Of a DNA stretch of 64,000 bases, positions 9,855-16,747 are shown piece by piece (the first letter of the stretch is position 1; each line of letters begins with the position of its first letter). A program made the position numbers and the translations under genes. Source of the DNA: Bryobacteraceae bacterium (GTDB lineage: Bacteria > Acidobacteriota > Terriglobia > Bryobacterales > Bryobacteraceae); assembly GCA_035502635.1 (NCBI GenBank), contig DATJUG010000064.1, forward strand, positions 29,783 to 93,782. Reading direction: 5' to 3'. The notes under the pieces were generated by a model. It had not been told where the DNA came from. It did no database searches and saw nothing but the letters and a program-made list of their open reading frames with translations.

Positions 9855-10724
9855 ATGCGCGGACTATACTTAGGCATCTCTTTCTGCCTTGCGCTGCGCG
9901 TTTCAGCCGCGCCACCGGTTGCCACAGGCGTATCGTTCACCGATCGCTTTATAGCAACTCCCAACCGGCATGGCCCCGTGATGGTCTATATTGCCGCTAA
10001 TTCCTTTCTCATGGGCAGCAGTCCAGAGGAATTCGGTTACACGCCATACGAACTGCGTCATCCCGTGCAGCTCTCAGCTTTCTCAATCGGTAAGTACGAA
10101 GTCACAAACGCCGAGTTTTGCCGTTTTCTGAATAACCAAGGGAACCAGATCGACGGCGGAATCCCTTGGATTCTAACCGGTCGATCGCATCGTTGTCGCA
10201 TTCAGCAGCACGGCGCCGTCTTCACGCCGGTCCCCGGTTTTGCGAACCACCCGGTCGTGACCGTATCCTGGCTCGGCGCGCGCGCTTACTGCCGGTGGCT
10301 GTCCCAGCAGACCGGCCGCAATTATCATCTCCCGACCGAAGCCCAGTGGGAATGCGCCGCCCGCGCCGGCGTCCGCACCTTGTGGGATTGGGGGAACGAG
10401 TTCGCGCCGGGCCGCCTCAATTGGCGCGGCTATTCGCTCGATCCGGCAACTACTCCGGTCGGCTCCTTCCCCCCGAACGCGTGGGGAATTTGCGATATGC
10501 TCGGCAACGTTTGGGAGTGGGTGCTGGATGCTTTCGATCCGGAGTTCTATTTATATTCGCCACTGAAAGATCCGGTCTTTTTCAAGGACGAGTGCTTGAC
10601 TCCGGGTATCCGCGGCGGAAGCTTCCGCGATAGCCTCGAATTCTGCCGTCCGGGGTACCGGGTCAACATGTGGTGGTGGGGGGATTATGACAGCATCGGT
10701 TTCCGCGTTGCTTCTCAGGCTTGA
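9855..10724 (+). CDS. Secreted SUMF1/EgtB/PvdO (FGE-sulfatase fold) domain protein
   Basis: Motifs HPVVTVSW, AxAYCxWL, YHLPTEAQWECAARAG, GNVWEWVLD and RGGSF are typical of PF03781-type domains. Start chosen at ATG 9855 (MRGLYLGISFCLALRVSAAPP signal-like N-terminus) rather than 9774, which would overlap the nuclease gene. Only one Cys follows RGGSF (EFCRPGY), so the FGE catalytic Cys pair is absent. Confidence 0.85.
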   Translation: MRGLYLGISFCLALRVSAAPPVATGVSFTDRFIATPNRHGPVMVYIAANSFLMGSSPEEFGYTPYELRHPVQLSAFSIGKYEVTNAEFCRFLNNQGNQIDGGIPWILTGRSHRCRIQQHGAVFTPVPGFANHPVVTVSWLGARAYCRWLSQQTGRNYHLPTEAQWECAARAGVRTLWDWGNEFAPGRLNWRGYSLDPATTPVGSFPPNAWGICDMLGNVWEWVLDAFDPEFYLYSPLKDPVFFKDECLTPGIRGGSFRDSLEFCRPGYRVNMWWWGDYDSIGFRVASQA

Positions 10725-12675
10725 GATTTTGGTTTGCGTCCTCGCTGCCGCGCTTCCCGCCGGGGCCGTTACTCATCTTGTGTATTCCCATTCTGGCCAA
10801 CCCGCCCAGGGGCTGTCCGTCGTCGAACGTGCGCCGGAACAGCGTGCCCGGCGCCTCGTCACCGACGAGCTAGGACAGGTCCCAACTCTCCAGGCGGGCA
10901 GCGAAGTCACCATTCGCGATTCGCGCACACACATCATCTTGATGCGCATCGCTCGCGGCGAATCGATTCCCGATCCCATCAAGGTTCCCGAGCTGATCCG
11001 CCTCTCCGGCACTGTTCAGGCCGATCCCGACGCGCGTACCGGCCTGATTGTCCGATACGGCGTTGGCAAGCGCATCACCGCCATGCAGCGATTGCAACGC
11101 AATTACGACCGGTACTCCACACTGAAAGCTCCCGAGAACACCTTCTTCGGTCTGGACCTGCCAACGGCTCCCGCTCATTGGTTAAACGCCACGGTCGATG
11201 CCGCCGGTCGCTTCACCACCAAATGGTTCCCCGCGGTCGACCATCCCATGATCGTCGCTCACAACGCTGCACGCGCGATCGGCATCAGCGACTTCACCCT
11301 CCCGAAAAGCTTCCGCACCGGCGAAACGTTCACGCTCGATCCGCTGTCCCTCACCCCTACCCGAAGTCTCACCATCCGCTATAACGCTCCGCCGAGTCCG
11401 ATAGCCCTTGATGCCGAGGTTTTTCTCAGGGATGTTCAAGTCGATCCGCAACAGCGGGAGTCCGTGCGCCGCGTCCTCAGTGTCCTCGATGCCATTGACC
11501 CGCGCCTGCTCGTCTTTGCAATCGGTTTACGGCCTTATAACATCGAAACGGGCGAAACGGTTATCTCCGGTCTTCCGCAATTTCGCGAAATGCAGGTAAG
11601 ACTGAAGGGCGCCTTCACTCCCGACACTCTCGATCGCACCGTCCAGTTCCAGGGCAATCAAGCCGATGTAGCCGTCTCCTCCGGCGATCTGTTTCCCCGC
11701 GGAGCCTCTACGCTCCTCAAAGGAGTTGTGGTGCTCGAAGATTCTTACGAGCCGGTCAAGGACGCCAAAGTCGTCTATAGCTGCTATCCGGAAAAGGTGG
11801 AAACCACCACGAATGAAAACGGCGAATTCAGTATTCCGGGTGCCTGCGCCGATCGCGATGTCACTTTCTTCGTTACCGCTTCGGATTCTCTTCAACCGGC
11901 TCGCTTCCCTCCTGTGCAGGTGCGCAAGCGAATTCAACCGAAACGGACCTCGCAGCCACTCGTCATCACGCTCCCGGTTCCGCCGCAGCCGGGCCGCTCG
12001 CCTGCGCCGCACGCGGTCGTCTCCATCGGCCCTCAGGAGCGTTTCCAGGCCGAACACGAGCGGCCGCACCTTCAGGCCCTGGAAGGCTCGCCGTTAGCGG
12101 GACTTTTTCGCGGCTCCGCTGTTCCCCCCGGAGCCTATTTCCTTCAGGACTCCCAATATGACGAGGGACCCATCGTTTACGTCTACGAGGACAACATGGA
12201 GGGCGAAATCCCCGACAACGTTGTCAAGGCCACTTGGGAATACCAGTTCGGTTCCAAGATCAGGCTCACCGTCTCAACGACTGGCACTTGGCATGTGCTT
12301 CTCGCCGTCTCTGCGTTCATGGTCTACACCGACGATGCTGTCGATTTGATCGCAAATCAGGAGAAGGAAGTCACTTTGAAGCCGCTGCACTTTGTCAGGT
12401 TTGGTAGCTGGTTGAGCGTCGTCTCAGCCTACCTTCCCCGGCCCGCTTCTAATATCCCGGTTTATTTTGCCAGTCCCGCCGTGGATCCCGATCCCACTGA
12501 GATTGATACTAATGAACTGGGAGTTGCCAAAATGGGCCTGCTCGATACCGACACCATACACGTATTTGTCAGTGATAAGAGGGCGGGCTATTTCGATTGT
12601 GACGTCAAGCTCGATTTTCGCCTTGATGCCAACGTCTTACTCTTGCCCACACCCAGCACGCCCTGCCCGAAATAG
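10687..12675 (+). CDS. Secreted hypothetical protein (662 aa) with a carboxypeptidase-regulatory-like beta-sandwich segment
   Basis: Hydrophobic N-terminus (LLLRLEILVCVLAAALPAGA). Segment VVLEDSYEPVKDAKVVYSCYPEKVETTTNENGEFSIPG resembles CarboxypepD_reg repeats. No catalytic motif seen. The ATG at 10687 overlaps the previous gene by 38 nt; an alternative TTG at 10729 would remove the overlap. Confidence 0.65.
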   Translation: MTASVSALLLRLEILVCVLAAALPAGAVTHLVYSHSGQPAQGLSVVERAPEQRARRLVTDELGQVPTLQAGSEVTIRDSRTHIILMRIARGESIPDPIKVPELIRLSGTVQADPDARTGLIVRYGVGKRITAMQRLQRNYDRYSTLKAPENTFFGLDLPTAPAHWLNATVDAAGRFTTKWFPAVDHPMIVAHNAARAIGISDFTLPKSFRTGETFTLDPLSLTPTRSLTIRYNAPPSPIALDAEVFLRDVQVDPQQRESVRRVLSVLDAIDPRLLVFAIGLRPYNIETGETVISGLPQFREMQVRLKGAFTPDTLDRTVQFQGNQADVAVSSGDLFPRGASTLLKGVVVLEDSYEPVKDAKVVYSCYPEKVETTTNENGEFSIPGACADRDVTFFVTASDSLQPARFPPVQVRKRIQPKRTSQPLVITLPVPPQPGRSPAPHAVVSIGPQERFQAEHERPHLQALEGSPLAGLFRGSAVPPGAYFLQDSQYDEGPIVYVYEDNMEGEIPDNVVKATWEYQFGSKIRLTVSTTGTWHVLLAVSAFMVYTDDAVDLIANQEKEVTLKPLHFVRFGSWLSVVSAYLPRPASNIPVYFASPAVDPDPTEIDTNELGVAKMGLLDTDTIHVFVSDKRAGYFDCDVKLDFRLDANVLLLPTPSTPCPK

Positions 12676-12773
12676 TCAGACTCTAAAATCGGCGGTCACA
12701 AACGCCAACAAGAAATTTTCACCTCGCTCCGTAGCTGCGCTATCTTGTACAACTGAAAAGGCATAGCCTCGAT

Positions 12774-12813
12774 CTACACTGCCTCTACGTGCCTTCTACG
12801 CGACGCCTGCTAC
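12774..12813 (+). repeat. Short phased CTAC(G)-N-GCCT repeats in the intergenic region upstream of the AAA+ gene
   Basis: CTAC occurs at 12774, 12785, 12796 and 12810 (spacing 11, 11, 14 nt), each preceded or followed by GCCT. A fifth CTAC is at 12837. Possible operator array, function unknown. Confidence 0.3.
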
Positions 12814-12935
12814 GCTCCAATCCGTCTCCGCCCGCGCTACATTTTTGACCGAAAGGGTTTGGAGCTCGAAAGCGCGGAATGCCCCTTCTCTTATGGAGAT
12901 GAACTCCCGCTTGACAAGCCCCAAGAGAGAGGCGG

Positions 12936-13967
12936 ATGCGAACTTATTCCTTATCCGGGCGCTCGAGACGCCCTGTTCTGCCAGAAGACCCAGATGGATT
13001 GGCCGCCAGGCTGAAAGATCTGCTCGTCGGTCAGCCCGAAGCCATCGACACCATCATTCCGTATATCCAGATGCACCAGGCTGGCCTCGCGCCTGAAGGC
13101 CGTCCGGTCGGCGTGGTCTTGTTACTTGGCCCCACCGGCACTGGAAAAACGCGTACCGTGGAAGCGCTCGCTGAAGTCCTGCACGGCAGCAGCAAAAACC
13201 TGCTCAAGGTGGATTGTGGCGAATTTCAGATGGAGCATGAAGTTGCCAAATTGATCGGCGCGCCTCCCGGATATCTGGGCCATCGCGAAACTCAGCCCAT
13301 GTTGACGCAGGCCAAAGTCAACAGCGTCGCCACCGAAAGCAGCGATATCTCGCTCGTCCTTTTCGATGAAATCGAAAAAGCCGCGCCTTCCATGACGCGC
13401 CTGCTGCTGGGCATTCTCGACAAAGCCACCCTGCGCCTCGGCGACAACACAACCGTCAACTTTGAGCGTACGCTGATCTTTCTCACCAGCAACCTGGGCG
13501 CGAAATCCATTCAGCGGCTCAATAAGCCCGATTTCGGCTATGAAGCCATGCTGCCGCCGCCGGCCATGGAAGATATGGTCAAGCTTCAAAGCGTCGGCAT
13601 GTCGGCCGTGCGTCACAAGTTTTCACCGGAATTTGTAAACCGCATCGATTCGGTCATCACCTACAAGCCTCTCGACCGCGATGCTTGCGAGATCATCCTG
13701 GATCAAATCTTCTCCAACTTCTCGCGGCTGATCAATCACCGCCTCGGTCTGCGCGGTTTCCGATTGCAGTGCACCATATCCGGGCGCAACCTGCTCCTCG
13801 ACATGGGCATCAGCGTCGAGTTTGGCGCGCGCGAGCTAAAACGCACGGTTCAGCGTAGTTTCATTCAGCCCGTGGCGGCGCTGGTCGCGCAGGGCCAGAT
13901 CCCGCCCGGCAGTACCGTAATGCTCGACGCCAAGAACGGCGAGTTCAACATCCTTCTGCGGCAATAA
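12936..13967 (+). CDS. Stand-alone single-ring AAA+ ATPase of the ClpA/ClpB D2 type (343 aa)
   Basis: Walker A GPTGTGKT, pore loop GAPPGYLGH, Walker [11 protein letters not shown], sensor-1 LTSNLG, sensor-2 GARELKR, and a D2-small-like C-terminus. Colinear with the D2 module of the bona fide ClpB at 37125-39764. No N-domain, D1 or coiled-coil middle domain. GAGAGAGG Shine-Dalgarno upstream of the ATG. Confidence 0.85.
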   Translation: MRTYSLSGRSRRPVLPEDPDGLAARLKDLLVGQPEAIDTIIPYIQMHQAGLAPEGRPVGVVLLLGPTGTGKTRTVEALAEVLHGSSKNLLKVDCGEFQMEHEVAKLIGAPPGYLGHRETQPMLTQAKVNSVATESSDISLVLFDEIEKAAPSMTRLLLGILDKATLRLGDNTTVNFERTLIFLTSNLGAKSIQRLNKPDFGYEAMLPPPAMEDMVKLQSVGMSAVRHKFSPEFVNRIDSVITYKPLDRDACEIILDQIFSNFSRLINHRLGLRGFRLQCTISGRNLLLDMGISVEFGARELKRTVQRSFIQPVAALVAQGQIPPGSTVMLDAKNGEFNILLRQ

Positions 13968-13970
13968 ACA

Positions 13971-14954
13971 TTACGGCGCCCATTTCGTGGATTCAGTCAT
14001 CGGCGCGGCACCGGCAGTGTTCACCGTCATCGTCACGTCCACCTCCCGGCCCGCGCCATCATATGCAAGGCTTCCCATCTTCAGCTCGTCTGCGCCCAAC
14101 TTGATTTCTCGCCGGCTCGAGCCGTCCGTTATGGTCACCGTCGCCCTCGACGCCGGGCCCATCTGCCGGGCATCGTGGTTCCACGAAATCTTCAATAAGT
14201 GGTCGTTGCTTGTCACCTTGAGATCCAATTGCTTCGAGCCGGTAGCGAGCCAGTCCGGCAAGGCCCCGCTTCCAGCCGCCAGCCAAAGAGCGATCAACAC
14301 GATCAGCAATCCCGCCAGCGCGGACCCGATGTACCAATTTCTCGGCGAACGCGCCCGCGATGCCGGCTCTTCGCCTTGCGGGGTTGCGGTCTCCGCTTCC
14401 ACCTCGGGAAGTGCTCTGAATTCAGCCTCGTTGAAGCGAAACTCACGGACCGATGCGTCCTGCGGTAATTCGCCGTTCTCGGCGATGAAGAATGCGGCCG
14501 TACGCGGCGCGCTCACTTGGATCAGCAGCAGAGCGTACGCCGCGCTCTTGAACTCTGTGGATAGCAGGCTTCGATCGGCCAACGACGGCTTGAGCGGCCC
14601 GGGACGGCAATGGCTGCGAAACATCCCTAATGCCGTCTTGTGCTGCGCCCGTGCCGCCTTCCGGATTTCTTCCCACCGCTTCAAATGATCGGGACCGGGA
14701 ATGTAGATTGCGCCATTCTCTGCGCCGCGCGGCATGATCTCGATAGCGTCTATCCGCAGCGTCGGTACGCGCCCGCCAAGCACGTTGCCGATCAGCACGC
14801 CGCCGATTTCGATGTCCAGTTTCTCTGTCCGGTTGAGCTCTTCAGAGATCTTCGAGACCAGATGCAGCTTCAACTCAATCGCAAACCGGGAGTGTTCCGG
14901 GCTCCATCGAATATAAAACGGCGACTCCTCGGCCGCCCGTGGCTCAGACGCCAT
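13971..14954 (-). CDS. Membrane-anchored protein with degenerate MPN/JAB-like N-terminal domain
   Basis: EIGGVLIG (the Glu-GG motif of MPN domains), then RSHCRPGPLKPSLAD where JAMM enzymes have HxHx7Sx2D, so the first His is replaced by Arg. One TM helix (WYIGSALAGLLIVLIALWLAAG) followed by a ~100-aa C-terminal beta-rich domain. The domain call is tentative. Confidence 0.5.
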   Translation of the reverse strand: MASEPRAAEESPFYIRWSPEHSRFAIELKLHLVSKISEELNRTEKLDIEIGGVLIGNVLGGRVPTLRIDAIEIMPRGAENGAIYIPGPDHLKRWEEIRKAARAQHKTALGMFRSHCRPGPLKPSLADRSLLSTEFKSAAYALLLIQVSAPRTAAFFIAENGELPQDASVREFRFNEAEFRALPEVEAETATPQGEEPASRARSPRNWYIGSALAGLLIVLIALWLAAGSGALPDWLATGSKQLDLKVTSNDHLLKISWNHDARQMGPASRATVTITDGSSRREIKLGADELKMGSLAYDGAGREVDVTMTVNTAGAAPMTESTKWAP

Positions 14955-15069
14955 AATTCAAGTTCAACGATACACTCTGTATGTTACGGTCGCTCTCTAC
15001 CTCGTCTCAACTCCCATCGGCAACCTCGAGGACATCACGTTCCGCGCCCTTCGCATCCTGCGCGACGAG

Positions 15070-15834
15070 GTGGCTTTGATCGCTTGCGAGGACACTCGCC
15101 AGACTCAAAAGCTGCTTCACCACTATGAGATTCGTAAACCGCTTGTCAGCTATCACGAACATAACGAAGCGACTCGCACGGCCGAAATTCTCGCGGCTCT
15201 CGAACGCGGCGAATCCGTCGCTCTTGTCAGCGATGCCGGCACGCCGCTGGTCTCGGATCCCGGCTACCGCGTCGTAGCCGCAGCCATCGAACACGGCTTC
15301 CAGGTAATTCCCATACCTGGAGCTTCTGCCGCCCTGGCAGCGCTCGCTGCCTCAGGTCTGCCCCCTGACGAGTTCCGGTTCATTGGCTTTCTTCCATCAA
15401 AGACCAACGCTAGAAGAAAAGCCCTCGAACAACTGGCAAACGAGCCCTCTACCGTGATCGCCTACGAAAGTCCGCACCGCATTCTCGAAACATTGAGCGA
15501 CATGGCGGAAATTCTAGGCGGCCGCCGAGTCGTGTTAGCTCGCGAGCTCACTAAAATCCACGAAGAGTTTCTGCGTGGAACGGCGCAAACCATCCGCGAG
15601 GAACTCGAGCGGCGCAGCGCTGTCAAAGGTGAGATGACGCTGCTCATCGCAGGCTCCGAAAGGATAGCCGACATCGCCGATCCGCTCGCCGAGGTCCATC
15701 GGCTCGAAGAGGAAGGGCTCGACCGAATGGAAGCCATCAAGACCGTGGCGAAACAAATGGGACTTCCGAAGCGTGAACTCTACCGGCTCGTGACGGGGCA
15801 GGGCAGCAGCCTTCCGGACAAACAGCCGCATTAG
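15070..15834 (+). CDS. rsmI: 16S rRNA (cytidine1402-2'-O)-methyltransferase RsmI
   Basis: ACEDTRQTQKLL, SDAGTPLVSDPGY, IPGASA, YESPHR and ELTKIHEE are hallmarks of RsmI/tetrapyrrole-methylase fold. 15070 (GTG) is the first canonical start, but the conserved N-terminal LYLVSTPIGNLEDITFRALRIL is encoded in the same frame upstream (from about 14986). See the rsmI finding. Confidence 0.9.
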   Translation: MALIACEDTRQTQKLLHHYEIRKPLVSYHEHNEATRTAEILAALERGESVALVSDAGTPLVSDPGYRVVAAAIEHGFQVIPIPGASAALAALAASGLPPDEFRFIGFLPSKTNARRKALEQLANEPSTVIAYESPHRILETLSDMAEILGGRRVVLARELTKIHEEFLRGTAQTIREELERRSAVKGEMTLLIAGSERIADIADPLAEVHRLEEEGLDRMEAIKTVAKQMGLPKRELYRLVTGQGSSLPDKQPH

Positions 15835-16747
15835 GCTCTGAGATCAATTGGCGGATCATTTTGACGAACGCGGGGTGTGCGCCAACCGTTGCCGCCCGCA
15901 CCAACTTCATCCCCAATTCCTTCGCTAGCGCCGCGGCCTCTACATCCAGGTCATAGAGAACTTCCATGTGATCCGAAACGAACCCAAGCGGCGCAACCAG
16001 AACGTTCGACACACCTTCGCCGTAGAGCATGCGCAAGTGATCGAGAATATCCGGGCCCAGCCACGGCTGGCTGGGCGGGCCGCTCCGGCTCTGAAAGACC
16101 AAATCCCAGCGGTCGATTCGAACGGCTGCGGCGACCAGCCGCGAGGTTTCCCGCAACTGATTTTCGTAATCGCTGGTCTCGGCCATCGACGACGGAATGC
16201 TGTGAGCCGAAATTACCAAACGAAATGAATTGGGTTCGTCTCGCAAAAACGGTGGCAAAGCTTCCCGGACCCGGTCTGCGCAACCTTCGATGAACCCCGG
16301 ATGGTTGTAGAATGCCGGGAGCTTGTCAATCTTCGGCGCGCCTTCGCCTACCTCCGCCTGAGCCGCCGCGATGTTCTCGCGGTACTGGCGGCAACCGGAA
16401 TACGAGCTGTACGCCGAAGTCACTAACGCCGCGGCATGCTGAACGCCATCGGCTCGCATCTGGCGCAGCGTCTCGGCCAGGAACGGATGCCAATTGCGAT
16501 TTCCCCAATAGACCGGGAGATCCGGCCCGTTGGCTGCCAGTTCGTTTCGCAAAGCGGCCATCAGGTCCCGGCATTGGTCGTTGATCGGACTCTTGCCGCC
16601 GAAGTGGTAGTAATGTTCGGCGACCTCGAGCAAGCGCTCGCGCGGAACGTTTCGGCCACGCGTCACATTCTCGAGGAACAGCAGGACGTCTTCGGCCTTC
16701 TCGGGGCCGCCAAACGAAACGATCAGGACGGCATCGTACATCGTCAA
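15737..16747 (-). CDS. hemH: Ferrochelatase
   Basis: N-terminus DAVLIVSFGGPEKAEDVLLFLENVTRGRNVP, plus SAHSIPSSMA and FVSDHMEVLYDLD, are typical ferrochelatase blocks. TTG start at 16747 overlaps the pyk stop; ATG at 16741 is an alternative. The C-terminal ~35-aa tail (..CPEGCCPAP..) overlaps the rsmI 3' end. Confidence 0.9.
   Translation of the reverse strand: MTMYDAVLIVSFGGPEKAEDVLLFLENVTRGRNVPRERLLEVAEHYYHFGGKSPINDQCRDLMAALRNELAANGPDLPVYWGNRNWHPFLAETLRQMRADGVQHAAALVTSAYSSYSGCRQYRENIAAAQAEVGEGAPKIDKLPAFYNHPGFIEGCADRVREALPPFLRDEPNSFRLVISAHSIPSSMAETSDYENQLRETSRLVAAAVRIDRWDLVFQSRSGPPSQPWLGPDILDHLRMLYGEGVSNVLVAPLGFVSDHMEVLYDLDVEAAALAKELGMKLVRAATVGAHPAFVKMIRQLISEPNAAVCPEGCCPAPSRAGRVHASEVPFVSPRS

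Noticed and set aside
12774-12840. A CRISPR-like or tandem-repeat array.
   Set aside because: The units are only ~11-14 nt, degenerate, and have no spacer structure. I treat it as a possible operator array instead. I saw no CRISPR repeats anywhere in the window.
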